Notes: a model not told the origin generated them from the letters alone. DNA of 64,000 nucleotides from Spirochaetia bacterium (GCA_034520965.1 JAXHMY010000005.1:1-64000); one strand, 5' to 3'; numbered from the stretch's first letter, positions 47,983 through 59,316 are shown. Numbers and translations are program-made.

Positions 47983-49227
47983 TTATGTATTCGGACCGGT
48001 AAAGGCCAGCACGCAGTTTTGTCCGCCGAAACCGAAGGAGTTTGAGAGGGCCCCCTTAATAGGAGTTTCTCTGGGCTGGTTCGGCACATAATCAAGATCA
48101 CATTCAGGATCGGGGTTTTCGTAATTGATAGTCGGCGGTAGGACTCCTTCCTTTAATGCCAGCAGGGTTGCGGCAGCTTCAACCGCCCCAGCAGCCCCCA
48201 GGGTGTGGCCTATCATCGATTTAGTAGAGCTGATAGGAATGCGGGAGGCAGCCTCGCCAAAGGCATTTTTGATAGCAAGGGTCTCAATTTTATCGTTTGC
48301 ACGGGTCGATGTGCCGTGGGCGTTGATGTAGCCTATATCCTCAAGGTTTAATCCGCCGTTATTTACGGCCATTTTCATGGCGGCAGCGGCATTTTTCCCG
48401 TCCGGCTCGGGAATGGCGATGCTGTAGGCATCCGAAGTCATACCGGCTCCGGCAATATAGCCGAGTATTTCCGCCCCCCGGTCGCGGGCATGGGCTTCAG
48501 TCTCAAGCACCAGCACTGCAGCGCCCTCTCCGATAAGAAAACCGTCCCGCTCAGCATCGAAGGGACGGGATGCTTTTTGCGGATCTTCGTTGCGGGAGGT
48601 CAGTACTCCCATACAGCCGTAGGCGTTTACCGTTATCGGGGAAATGGCCGCTTCCGCCCCGCCGGCGAACATTACGTCCGCCCCTCCGGTTTTGAGTATC
48701 ATAGCAGCCATCGCGATGGCATGGCCTCCTGAGGCACAGGCGGTGGTTATTCCAATATTCGGGCCGGTAATTCCCAAATCGATACCGATATTGGCGGAGG
48801 ACATGTTGGGTATGATCATGGGCACTGCCAGGGGGTTGCCGAAACCGGGCCCTTTTTCTAGTAATTTTTGATGCTGTGCTTCCAGGTTTTCATAATCCCC
48901 GGCTGCGGTTCCAACAACAGCGCCGGTCCGTAGGGGATCCATTGTATCCAGCTGAATTCCCGATTCTTGTACCGCCTGGATGGCCGCGCACGACGCGAGC
49001 TGGGAAAAACGGGACATTCTTCTGATGCGTTTACGGCTCAGAAACTCCAGCGGATCAAAGCCCTTTATCTCTGCGGCGATTTTGCTTTTATAGTTGCTTG
49101 TATCAAAGCCGCTGATGGCGCCGGCGCCCGACTTACCCTCGATAAGGCCGTTCCAAAACTCTTTTTTGTTATTACCAATTGCGGAGTACACTCCTATGCC
49201 TGTTACGGCAATTCTTGTCTGTTCCAT
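47983..49227 (-). CDS. fabF: 3-oxoacyl-ACP synthase II
   Basis: TACASG, NAHGTST, KSMIGHTLGAAG, NSFGFGG. Confidence 0.93.
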   Translation of the reverse strand: MEQTRIAVTGIGVYSAIGNNKKEFWNGLIEGKSGAGAISGFDTSNYKSKIAAEIKGFDPLEFLSRKRIRRMSRFSQLASCAAIQAVQESGIQLDTMDPLRTGAVVGTAAGDYENLEAQHQKLLEKGPGFGNPLAVPMIIPNMSSANIGIDLGITGPNIGITTACASGGHAIAMAAMILKTGGADVMFAGGAEAAISPITVNAYGCMGVLTSRNEDPQKASRPFDAERDGFLIGEGAAVLVLETEAHARDRGAEILGYIAGAGMTSDAYSIAIPEPDGKNAAAAMKMAVNNGGLNLEDIGYINAHGTSTRANDKIETLAIKNAFGEAASRIPISSTKSMIGHTLGAAGAVEAAATLLALKEGVLPPTINYENPDPECDLDYVPNQPRETPIKGALSNSFGFGGQNCVLAFTGPNT

Positions 49228-49350
49228 AGATTCGCTCCTTGCATCGGGTGTTAAAAATGGATCTTAGCACATTTGCATGGCATGTGCTATAATCTAGGTG
49301 ACTGTAAACCGATCTTGCTGTACGATCTTACTTGATGGAGGGGGAAGCAG

Positions 49351-51157
49351 ATGCAAATTACCTATTTAGACGGGCCTCGACTGAAGCGAGCACTGATTGC
49401 CGCCGGCCGCAGAGTTCAAATTTACCGGGAGCAGCTCAATTCCATCAATGTATTTCCGGTAGCCGACAGCGATACGGGTACCAATATGGGCTCTACTTTA
49501 ACGGCCATGACCAGGGGAATTATAGACAGCTCGGACAGCAGCTTGGCAGCTGTAAGCAGATCCGCCGCCGATTATGCCCTGTCCGGAGCACGGGGAAACA
49601 GCGGAACCATACTTTCCCAATTTTTCTACGGGCTCACCAAGGGAATTGAAGATCGCAGTAGAATCAATACCAGAGCCTTTAGTGAAATTGTGCGTAGGGC
49701 TGTCGATTACACCTATGAGGCCCTCTCCGAACCGGTAGAGGGTACCATACTGACGGTACTAAGGGTATGGTCGGAAAAACTGGTTGAAACGAGTAAAAAA
49801 ACAGCTGATTTTGCCCAGCTTTTTACTGAATCCCTGTCATATGCCAAGGAGGCGCTGCTGGATACCCGCCGCCGTCTACCGAGCCTGCGGAAAGCAAAGG
49901 TGGTAGATGCGGGTGCCCTCGGCTTTGTATATATGATCGAGGGAATCGTGAAATTTTATCGAAAGTGGAAGGATACGCGACCTAGAGCAGATACCGGACA
50001 TAGAGATAAATGAGATTCCGGAGGTGAACGAAGTAGAGGAAGAGTTACACTTTAGATACTGCACCGAATGCATCATTGAAGGCGGCCCTATTGACCAGCA
50101 TGAGCTGAAACAGAAGCTTACCGGATTGGGAGATTCACTTATTGTAGCCGGTTCGAATACCAGAGCCAAAATACACATTCATACCGATGGGCCGGAAGAA
50201 GTATTTGGGCTTGCACGGCAATACGGACTACTGGCCGATCAGAAGGCCGACGATATGTACAAACAGTATGCGGCGGCCCATAACCATCAGACCGAGGTGG
50301 CCCTGGTAATTGATTCGGCCTGCGATCTGCCGCCTGAACTGATGGAAAAACCTTTTGTCCACATGGTGCCGGTAAAGGTGATCTTTGGGCAGAACAGTTA
50401 TATCGATAAGGTCGCCCTGAGCCCGCAGAGTTTTTACGACCTGGTGCGGACAGACAGTGAAGTTGTCGGTACCACTTCGCAGCCTGCTCCGGCGGATTTC
50501 GAGAGGGTGTTTTCTTTTCTTGGAAAGCATTACCGGCATGTGCTGTATCTGTCCCTGGCCGGAGGGCTTAGTGGAACGATAAAATCTGCCAAGAGTGCAC
50601 TTGAGAGATTGGAGCACAGAGATTCCGTGCATATTATCGACTCAAAAAATGTCACCATTGGAGCGGGGCTGATTGCCCGGCGCGCGGCCGAGGCGATAGA
50701 GAAGGGAATGGGGATATTCGAGGTACAGAAACTGGTACGTGACCTTGTCGAGAGGACCCGGCTGCTTATTACCATTCCCCATTTAGAGGCACTTATGCGA
50801 AGTGGCCGCCTGGGGCGCACCAAAGGTTTTATTGCCCAACTGTTCAAATTACGGCCCTTGCTTACCCTTGATTCCCAAGGGAAAGTGGTAAAGGCGGCTA
50901 TGACCCGCGGTCCGGCAGCGGGTAGAGAAAAGCTTATTGCTATGCTGCAGCGCCGCCTTGGAACCGAGGCGGCCGGTGATTTTGCAATAGCCCACGTGGA
51001 CAACCCCGGCACGGCCCTTTGGTTTAAGGAACAAATTGAGCGGTATTTTAAGCCCTCCAGGGAAGTATTTATTCTGGATGCCTCTCCGGCCCTAGCCCTG
51101 CATACCGGTTTTGGTACAAGCGCGGTGGCATATATAGCCCCTGCAGAGGCACAGTAG
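49351..51157 (+). CDS. DAK2 (FakA-like)-DegV (FakB-like) fusion (frameshift near 49951)
   Basis: LNSINVFPVADSDTGTNM, GARGNSG, EGTILTV, VVDAG; YCTE, KIHIHT; IDSACDLP, TTSQP, LSGT, SGR, HTG. Confidence 0.88.
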
Positions 51158-51168
51158 GAGGCACAGTA

Positions 51169-51864
51169 ATGGAGCTACTCCAAGCGGCTCACCTGGCCGC
51201 CGTACTTATTCTCAGCTATCTGCTGGGTTCTCTGCCAAGCAGTATTATTATCGGCAAGCTCTTCTTTAAGAAGGATATCCGCGAGTTTGGTTCAGGGAAT
51301 GCCGGCGGCACCAACGCGGTGAGGGTTTTTGGTTGGCCCGCGGGAATCGCAGTTATTCTTATTGATATTGCCAAGGGAGCCTGCGCAGTACTTTTTATAA
51401 CGCAGCTGCCGCTTTTAGGGTCTATGGAGACGGGTGTGCTTTCAGCCGATGGAACGGCCCTTGCAGCGGGTGCTGCTGCAGTAGTGGGGCACATTTGGAC
51501 CGTTTTTGCAGCCTTTCGCGGAGGCAAGGGAGTAGCCACCGCTGCCGGTATGATTGCAGCCCTGTATCCTGCAGGATTCAGCGCTGCACTGGTTATTTTC
51601 GTGGCTGCGGTACTGCTGACCGGCATTGTATCTGTCGGATCACTGTCTGCGGCAATTTCCTTTCCTTTAGTTCTGTATGCGCTTGATACAAGCGGGCTAT
51701 CAATGGTATCACCCTTGTTAATGGGGTTTTCAATTCCGATTGCTATACTGATTCTCTTTACCCATCGTAAAAATATCGGGCGCCTGCTGCGGGGGGAGGA
51801 AAAACGGCTTTTCAGAAAAAATGGAATCAGAACAAATGAAAATAGAAGCGGGAACAAAAAGTAA
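51169..51864 (+). CDS. plsY: Glycerol-3-phosphate acyltransferase PlsY
   Basis: YLLGS, GSGNAGGTN, DIAKG, GH, FRGGKGVAT, HRKNIGRL. Confidence 0.95.
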   Translation: MELLQAAHLAAVLILSYLLGSLPSSIIIGKLFFKKDIREFGSGNAGGTNAVRVFGWPAGIAVILIDIAKGACAVLFITQLPLLGSMETGVLSADGTALAAGAAAVVGHIWTVFAAFRGGKGVATAAGMIAALYPAGFSAALVIFVAAVLLTGIVSVGSLSAAISFPLVLYALDTSGLSMVSPLLMGFSIPIAILILFTHRKNIGRLLRGEEKRLFRKNGIRTNENRSGNKK

Positions 51865-51899
51865 AAAAGAACTTTTGAAATAAACAGCAATGTATAAAA

Positions 51900-52622
51900 A
51901 TGAAGCCGGAAAATAAAACCAAAAAAATAAAAGAATCAGACCTCTTCCAGCCCCTCAAGGCGTATCTCGAAGGCCAGGGTTACTCTGTGCACGCCGAGGT
52001 GCGCAATTGTGATATTGTGGCCCAAAAGGGGGATGAACTGATTCTTGTAGAGCTGAAAAGTTCAATTAGTCTGAATCTTCTGATACAAGCAGCCGAAAGA
52101 AAAGAGATTAGCGATTCGGTGTATATTGCAGTACCGGTACCCAGGGGTGGCTAGGCGTCCCCCAAACTTCAAGCGGACCAGACACTGTGCGGCGCCTGAG
52201 TAGGCTGTATTCTGGTAGATTTTATGAAGACCAAAACAAAACTGAGGATTGAGCTGCATCCGGCAACACACAATAAAAAGAGGCGGCCTTCAAAGAAGCG
52301 GGCAATTCTGCGGGAGATAGACGGGCGTTACGCTGAGTTTAACCAGGGGGGTGAAGCGGTGGCCGAGGAGAAAATTACTGCGTATAAACAGGAAGCCCTG
52401 CGGATCGCCTACTTCTTACGGAACAGCGGCCCCGCTTCACCGGCTAAGCTGCGCACCGCGGGTACTTCGGAAAAAACCCAGTCAATTCTACTAAAGAATG
52501 TCTACGGCTGGTTTGAACGCCAACGGCGAGGAGTTTACCAGCTGCATCCCGCCGGACACGAAGCGCTGGCCCATTACGCAGCGAAACTTGAGAACTTTGA
52601 ACGAATAATCTTACCAAAATAA
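51900..52622 (+). CDS. DUF2161 putative PD-(D/E)XK protein (frameshifts at about 52140-52210)
   Basis: KESDLFQPLKAYLEGQGYSVHAEV..CD...VELK; TAYKQEAL, NVYGWFER..RGVY. Confidence 0.8.
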
Positions 52623-52633
52623 GGAACTGCACC

Positions 52634-53575
52634 ATGGCTATACCTGACAACACTGCCGATGATACGCAAAACGAGAAGTCTTCACTGCTGATGGTATATA
52701 TTGCACTGCTGCTGGCGGCATTTTTTTGGGGGAGTTCCTTCCCCGCCACAAAGATAGTGCTGCGAGGCTTCTCTCCCATAGCTTATGTGTTTCTCCGTTT
52801 TGTAGGCGCTTCTCTCATTTTTGGAGTTTTGATGCTGCGCAGATACCGGCCTCTGGGAAGGCGGGTTCACCTCAAACTGGTACTGATGGCCTTTTTTCAG
52901 CCCACAATCTACTTTCTGTTTGAGAGTGCCGGGCTGCAGTACACCTCAGCCTCTAGTGCCTCCATGATTATCGCCGCTCTGCCGGGAATTGTAGCTCTCC
53001 TGGCGGGGTTCCTGCTGAAGGAGCGCCTTTCTCTGCGGCAATGGGCGGGGGTGCTGCTGTCGATTGTCGGTGTCATTATACTGGCGGGCTTCGATGACAA
53101 CCCGACCTATGCCGAAAGCAGCCTGCTTGGCAACAGCCTGGTGCTTTTGGCTGTGCTGGCCGCCTCGATGTATATGATTGTCGCCAGGCACTTATCGTCC
53201 AATCTCTCTGCAGTGGAAATTACCTTTTACCAGGTGTTTTACGGAATGCTGCTGCTTGCTCCGGTTTTTTTATTCCGGATGTCGTCGGTTGAATGGAATA
53301 GGGTAGATGCGCCTTCGATTGGCGCTCTGGTGTTTCTTATACTTGGGGCCACACTAATAGCTTTTCTGGCGTACAATTTTGCCCTGACCCGGGTGGATGC
53401 CTCAAAGGCGGCAGTTTTCCTAAACGGGGTCCCGGTGTCTTCGGTCCTTGTCTCGTGGGTGCTGTTAGGAGAGCGACTGGGAATCCTGCAGCTGCTGGGA
53501 GGGCTGATTGTAATATCGGGGGTAAGCCTTACCAACTGGCGCCGCCGTACGCTTGTCCGGCGGCGGATTATGTGA
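52634..53575 (+). CDS. DMT/EamA transporter
   Basis: FWGSSF, GLQYTSAS, LLGE; about 10 TM helices. Confidence 0.92.
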   Translation: MAIPDNTADDTQNEKSSLLMVYIALLLAAFFWGSSFPATKIVLRGFSPIAYVFLRFVGASLIFGVLMLRRYRPLGRRVHLKLVLMAFFQPTIYFLFESAGLQYTSASSASMIIAALPGIVALLAGFLLKERLSLRQWAGVLLSIVGVIILAGFDDNPTYAESSLLGNSLVLLAVLAASMYMIVARHLSSNLSAVEITFYQVFYGMLLLAPVFLFRMSSVEWNRVDAPSIGALVFLILGATLIAFLAYNFALTRVDASKAAVFLNGVPVSSVLVSWVLLGERLGILQLLGGLIVISGVSLTNWRRRTLVRRRIM

Positions 53576-53593
53576 TTTTTGGGGGGGCGTCTG

Positions 53594-55044
53594 TTAGTCT
53601 GAATTAGACAGGCTGAATTCGACTACGCCGGTAGCCCCATTGTCGTTATATAGCTTAAAGCTGCCGTCCAGTTGGTCCGCCAGGTTAGAGATGATGAGTA
53701 GTCCGAGGGATTCACTTTCGTCGAGTATAAAACCTTCAGGCAGACCATGGCCGTTGTCATGAATCACCAACCGGCAGCGCTGTTCTTCTACGGTAAGACT
53801 AATTTCTATACTGCCGTTTTTTATGTTCTCCAGCCCCGTGTTCAAGACTATTAGAGATGAGTTCATTGATAATTAGCCCCAGGGGCACCGCGACGGATAA
53901 ATTAAGATGCACAGAGGGTATATCTATTACTGTTTTCACCGGAGCAGGGTGGGTGTCGTAGATATTTATAAGCTGGGCAACCAAGTCTGATAGGTACTTG
54001 TCCAGGTACACCCGGACAGACCTTCGGTATAATACAGCTGTTCATGGATTAAAGCCATGCTTTCAACCCGGTTTCTGCTTTCGGTGAGGTGCTTGCGGCT
54101 GGCTTTGTCAGATATAAAATTGGTTTGCAGGCTTAAGAGGCTGGCAATTACATGCAGATTGTTTTTGACCCGATGATGGACTTCCTTCAGCAGAAGCTCT
54201 TTCTCTTTTAAATCCTCTCTGACTATTCGTTCGGCCTCTTTTTGGGAGCTTATATCTTGAATCATCACCGTTACCGAGCGATAACTTCCATTGCTTACCG
54301 CATTAAATCGAAAACGAACGTATTTATCACCGAGCTGAAGCGGCTCTTTTATGCCGATTTCAAATTCTTCCCCATTCAAGGAGTGGACGATGTTTTTTAT
54401 ACGGCTTGCAAGTTCCGGTGAGAATAAAGATGGAAAGTACAGGGTAAGCAGTTCTTCCCGAGGTAAGCCCAGCAATGAAGCCCCGGCGTCATTCACATAG
54501 ATAACCTGCAGATCGAGGTTCAGCTCAAAAAAACCGTCGGAAATGCTTGAAAGCAGCACCTCGATATGCTGCTTGGAGAAAAGCAGCTCATTAGTTATAT
54601 CTCGATGGTATACTTGATCAAGCCCAATTATCTTTTTAGAAACCTCAGATGAGTTAGTATGAAACTGCTGTAATAAGTCGAGTACATACTTTTTCATAAG
54701 CCGGAAGGGCATTTTTGCCAGGTATGCATCGGCAATTTCGCTAAAGTCAAAATTGGGCTCTTCCGCAGCGATTACCGAGATTATCACAATACTGCTTTCC
54801 GAAAGCTCCGGTTGTTTTCGTAAAAGTGCGCACAGCTGTCGTCCGTCGATATAGGGCATTACAAGGTCGACAAAAATGACATCAGGTATAAAAGTGCGGC
54901 TTATTTTAAGGGCCTCTACACGTTATCAACAGTGTGAACGCTGTACCCCTCCTGCCCTAATATTTCATTCATAAACTCCAGCATCACCGGGTTGTTGTCG
55001 ACAACGAGAATTTTTTTTATAGTTTTATTTAATTTTCTGTTCAT
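53594..55044 (-). CDS. Receiver-PAS-HisKA_2 hybrid kinase (three frameshifts)
   Basis: ILVVDNNP..., FVDLVMP.IDG; EVHHRVKNNL; NELISNSLEHG; HDNGHG, SLGL across frames. Confidence 0.85.
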
Positions 55045-55370
55045 AGTTGTGATAAGATTTCTTCCTTAATATTCTGATACCCCCGGGAAAGCTGTTCATA
55101 CTGCTTTGATAGCTCATCTGAGGGGGCAGTGCCGGTTTGCAGCAGCAGCTGCAGCTTTTTTGCAAGGGCAGCAAGATCTGTATAGTCCATATTCGCAGCG
55201 GCTCCCTTAATGTGGTGGGCGGTGGCCGCGCTTTGTGTAAGGTTGTTCATCTCGAGTTCTGATTTCAGTTGCAGCAAATCTTTATCGGTATTTTCAATAA
55301 AAAGTGAGCAAATTCGCTTATATGCTTCTAGACTTATACCGATTTCAGCTGCCGAGCTGTGGATATTCAT
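55041..55370 (-). CDS. Hpt phosphotransfer protein
   Basis: AHHIKGAAAN; ATGA overlap with the hybrid kinase. Confidence 0.88.
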   Translation of the reverse strand: MNIHSSAAEIGISLEAYKRICSLFIENTDKDLLQLKSELEMNNLTQSAATAHHIKGAAANMDYTDLAALAKKLQLLLQTGTAPSDELSKQYEQLSRGYQNIKEEILSQL

Positions 55371-55678
55371 GGTATGACTATACTCAAAAATCGTATTTTA
55401 TAAAAGACCCTTCATTCTAAAAACATTTAAAATACATTAAATGGATATATATAAGTTTTTAGATAATATTATCCGATTACATCTATCACCCAGTTCCCGC
55501 TGTCTATGCCTCTCTTTTGCAGGGTTCGCTTACAATATTTCTGAAATTTCCCGTTGTAATAATCAATTTAAAATTGCCCAGATGAGTTTAATATGATACC
55601 TTTACTCAGTTGTGTCGGTCGAGAACCGACAAATGCCGTGAAGGCACATCATAATCAATACACAGAAAGAGGCAGGTA

Positions 55679-57583
55679 ATGGCACAGACAATCCCGAAAC
55701 TTATGCAGGAGATGGCGGAGAAACATCCACGTGTGGCTGCGCAGATGAGTAAGGATGAACAGGGGACTTTTGTTTCAAGGAGTTTTGAGGAACTATACCG
55801 TGAGGTGAGCAGCTTTGCCGCCGGACTGCAGAAGATCAAGGTCAAGCGGGGCGATCATGTTGGCCTCATATCTGAAAACCGGGCAGAGTGGTTTGTGTCC
55901 GATTTGGCATTGCTTTCTTTGGGTGCGGCTGATGTGCCGCGGGGAAATGACAGTATGGCCCAGGAACTGGCCTATATCTTAGGCTTCTCCGAGTGTTCAT
56001 TGGTTATCGTGGAAAACGAAGAGCAGTTGAAAAAAGTCTACTCGGTAAAGGACCAAATTCCAAGTTTAAAACATTTTTTAGTGCTGGACCCTAACTTCGA
56101 CAGTTCCAACAGCATCAATACGGGCCGCATTAAAGTCTCCACTTATGCTGAAGTACGTGATGCCGGTCAGAGCGCGCTGGCAAAACATCCCGAACTTATC
56201 GAGAAAGAGATCGAACAGGGACAAGCGGACGACACCTGTACTATAATTTTTACTTCCGGAACAACCGGTGAGCCCAAGGGCGTAGTCCTTTCCCACAGAA
56301 ATTTCCTGCATCAGGTAAGTTGTATTCCCAGTGTGTTGGATGTAACCCCTGGCGATATCTGGATATGTGTGCTGCCGGTATGGCATTCATTCGAGCGAAT
56401 TGTTCAGTATCTTGCCCTCGGCAGTGCTTCAACCCTTGCGTATTCAAAGCCGATTGGACAGATTATGCTTGCCGATATGGCGGTTATCAAGCCGCAGTGG
56501 ATGGCCTCGGTTCCGCGTATCTGGGAAGCGGTCAGGGCCGGAATTTATCGGAAGATTAAGCAGGAGGGGGGCATTAAGCTGCTTATGTTCAACTTTTTTG
56601 TAGCCGTCGGGGGAAGTCACAAACGCATGGCCGACAAGATTTTTGGACGAGCCCCGCAGTTTAAAACCCGCTCACGGGTGCTGGAGCTATCCCTGAACTT
56701 CCTGCCGTATATGTTGTTGTCCCCCTTAAAACTGTTAGGGAACGCCCTGGTCTTCAAAAAAATAAAAACAAAACTGGGTGGTCGATTTATTGCAGGTGTG
56801 TCCGGGGGAGGTGCGCTGCCGCCGTCTGTGGATTCTTTCTTCGGCTCCGCCGGAATTCTGCTGCTGGAAGGCTATGGGCTGACAGAAACCGCTCCGGTTC
56901 TTGCGGTACGCAGTCAGTTTAATCCGGTTCCCGGTACGGTCGGTCCGATGCTGGCGGACACGGAATGTCGAATTACCGGAGAAGATGGGGAGCTTTTACC
57001 TGCGGGACACATGGGTTTGATTTCTGTTCGCGGACCTCAGGTCATGAGCGGGTATTATAAAAAACCTGAACTTACGGCAAGGGTCCTCTCCGAAGAGGGC
57101 TGGCTCAACACCGGAGACTTAGGCAAGCTTACTCTTCGGGGCGAACTGAAAATTACCGGCCGAGCAAAAGACACTATTGTCTTGCTGGGAGGAGAAAATA
57201 TAGAACCCCTGCCAATCGAGCAGAAGATAACCGAGAGTGAATACATCGACACCGCAGTTGTGGTAGGACAAGACCAGAAGTATCTTGGAGCCTTAATTGT
57301 ACCCAATACAGATGCAGTCGAGCGTTTTGCCGATGAAAACCATATTCCCTATAATCAGCCGGCGGACCTGCTGGACTCGGATGATGTGCGAGAACTGATG
57401 GACGGAGAAATAAATTCTCTGGTAAACGGCAGAACCGGGTTTAGAGTATTTGAGCGGGTGTACCGTTTTGTCATATTGAAAACACCATTTCAAATCGGAG
57501 AGGAACTGTCGGCCAAACAGGAGATCAAACGTCATGTAATTGCCGATAAGTATTCTGCAATAATTGCGTCCCTGTTTGAATAA
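55679..57583 (+). CDS. fadD: Long-chain acyl-CoA synthetase
   Basis: IFTSGTTGEPKG, EGYGLTET, TGDLG, GRAKD...GGENIEP. Confidence 0.92.
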   Translation: MAQTIPKLMQEMAEKHPRVAAQMSKDEQGTFVSRSFEELYREVSSFAAGLQKIKVKRGDHVGLISENRAEWFVSDLALLSLGAADVPRGNDSMAQELAYILGFSECSLVIVENEEQLKKVYSVKDQIPSLKHFLVLDPNFDSSNSINTGRIKVSTYAEVRDAGQSALAKHPELIEKEIEQGQADDTCTIIFTSGTTGEPKGVVLSHRNFLHQVSCIPSVLDVTPGDIWICVLPVWHSFERIVQYLALGSASTLAYSKPIGQIMLADMAVIKPQWMASVPRIWEAVRAGIYRKIKQEGGIKLLMFNFFVAVGGSHKRMADKIFGRAPQFKTRSRVLELSLNFLPYMLLSPLKLLGNALVFKKIKTKLGGRFIAGVSGGGALPPSVDSFFGSAGILLLEGYGLTETAPVLAVRSQFNPVPGTVGPMLADTECRITGEDGELLPAGHMGLISVRGPQVMSGYYKKPELTARVLSEEGWLNTGDLGKLTLRGELKITGRAKDTIVLLGGENIEPLPIEQKITESEYIDTAVVVGQDQKYLGALIVPNTDAVERFADENHIPYNQPADLLDSDDVRELMDGEINSLVNGRTGFRVFERVYRFVILKTPFQIGEELSAKQEIKRHVIADKYSAIIASLFE

Positions 57584-57632
57584 CGGTTTGAATAGCGGTT
57601 TGATAGCGGTTTGAATAGCGGTTTGAATAGCG
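57574..57632. repeat. 12-bp tandem repeat GTTTGAATAGCG x5 overlapping the fadD stop
   Basis: Units at 57574, 57586, 57598 (11 nt), 57609 and 57621. Confidence 0.9.
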
Positions 57633-57689
57633 GCAATTTGGGAATTTCAGAATGCAAGAATTATTTGAAGGTACCATTTTCAGGGACAA

Positions 57690-57969
57690 CCGCCGAGACA
57701 GTACCGTCTACCCATGAATGGCTTAGAAATGCTCAAAGTGTGGAAAACAGAGTTAAAAGCGACGCTGAAAAACCCTACGAGCGAAGTTTTGCTCGTAGGG
57801 TGGAACAGGAGAATGTTATTCTGCAGATAGAACATCTGCGCTCATATCCTTTATTCAGTCCACCGAAGAGCACTCATCCTTACAGATTTATGGCTGGTAT
57901 CATGATATCGGAAAAGGAATCATCTACAACTACAATCAATCCTCCGAAACCTTCGAGCTTATAAAATAA
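57690..57969 (+). pseudogene. Beta-carbonic anhydrase, C-terminal remnant
   Basis: EWL...EQENVILQIEHLRSYP, then (frameshift) LQIYGWYHDIGKGIIYNYN...FELIK*; Zn-ligand N-terminal half absent. Confidence 0.65.
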
Positions 57970-59316
57970 AGACTGTCCCGAAGCTTAGCGGAAAATTAAG
58001 GAAATTCATCGCTGTGATACAGCAACATCCCTCCCCGCACTCTCTGTCCTTTTAACCCCTGGCGTACTTCGGTAGATACTCCTCACCCCACTTCAGAGGT
58101 GTATTGAACAGGCGAAACCATATCCCCCTCTCTCCCGCCTCTAAGGGAAGCAGCGAGGCAAAGGGACGGTGTACAAACCGCCGGGCTAAGAGCTTGTTCA
58201 TCCAGACCATATCACAACCGGCCAAAGATCCGTGGGTGATACCACTCTTGGGACTGTTCTCCCGGTAAGGCTTGATGAAGTTGTGGTGCATCCGGTAGAT
58301 GCACAGCCGATCCAAGAGACAGCAGACGTTCTTCGCCGCATTGACCGTCTGTCGAACATAGTTGACCATATCCTTTCTCAACTGCCGGTCCATGTAGTTG
58401 ACCGAGAACATGGAGTTGCCCCGCCCCGGCTCTTTGGTTGACTTGCTGTGCAGGTGGATCACCCGGCCCTCGGCCATGAGTGTGGAGAGGTTGCGGTTGC
58501 GGTACAAACCTCTGGGGTAGGCCTGATGGTCATCGCTGTAGAGGTACAGAGGCTCCTTGGAGCTGCGGCTACACAGGCAGGCTATCTTCTCAGCGAGCCG
58601 GCAGATAGACTTCTCCACGCCCTTGCGGTCGGGACGGCAGACCTGGTCGAGGAAGTTGCGGTAGAGCCTCTGAGCGGCGCTCATGTTACCCTTGCGCCGC
58701 AGGGTGGTGAAGTCCATCGCGTAGAAGAACTGGCTCTGCATGCCGATGAGGATGTTCAGATGGTGGGGAAAGTACTTGCTTCTGGTGTAGCCCTCAAAGC
58801 CGTCGAAGGCCAGATCTTCATTAACGTGGAGAGTTTCGCCGGCCAGGCAGTGCTGGGCGATCGACCAGCGGGCCATGCGGAAGATGCGGTTCTGCACCGA
58901 GCCGCGGGAGATTTCAAGGTTACGGGCCAGATCACGAATGCCGGCGGTCGAGCGCAACTGGCGAAAGATCTGTTCGTAGTCCACCAGGCGTTTGGCGTAA
59001 TAGTCTAAAGAGAAGCTCTGGGTGCTGAAGCTGTGGCCGCAGTGTTTGCACAGGTAGCGCTGCACCGAGCCGAAGCACGCGGTCTCGTGGTGGCCGTCCT
59101 TGCGATACCACTTTGCCGGGTGCGAACCTTCGTAGTGCATCGGGCAATCCGGCTGTGGGCAGAATGGGGGGATAAATTGGTAGCTCAAGAGCATGAGAAT
59201 ACCTCCTTGGGGTTTGGTTCTTACTTAGTAAGAGGAGGTAATTCTTTATTCTGCTTCAAGAAATCGAGAATTTTTGTTAAATTATTAAAAAATGCACTAA
59301 GCTTCGGGACAGTCTA
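57969..59316 (-). mobile_element. Complete insertion sequence, IS1-like
   Basis: 19-bp perfect TIR AGACTGTCCCGAAGCTTAG (57970-57988 / 59297-59315); flanking direct repeat TATAAAATA (57960-57968 / 59317-59325). Confidence 0.9.
58052..59194 (-). CDS. Transposase (Zn ribbon + HTH + DDE-like)
   Basis: CPQPDC...QRYLCKHC; GIRDLARNLEISRGSV; LAFDGFE, LYSDD, NYMDRQLR. Confidence 0.85.
   Translation of the reverse strand: MLLSYQFIPPFCPQPDCPMHYEGSHPAKWYRKDGHHETACFGSVQRYLCKHCGHSFSTQSFSLDYYAKRLVDYEQIFRQLRSTAGIRDLARNLEISRGSVQNRIFRMARWSIAQHCLAGETLHVNEDLAFDGFEGYTRSKYFPHHLNILIGMQSQFFYAMDFTTLRRKGNMSAAQRLYRNFLDQVCRPDRKGVEKSICRLAEKIACLCSRSSKEPLYLYSDDHQAYPRGLYRNRNLSTLMAEGRVIHLHSKSTKEPGRGNSMFSVNYMDRQLRKDMVNYVRQTVNAAKNVCCLLDRLCIYRMHHNFIKPYRENSPKSGITHGSLAGCDMVWMNKLLARRFVHRPFASLLPLEAGERGIWFRLFNTPLKWGEEYLPKYARG

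Noticed and set aside
57611..57964. 117-aa ORF starting MNSGLNSG
   Set aside because: The start lies inside the 12-bp repeat; the real signal is a frameshifted beta-carbonic anhydrase remnant.
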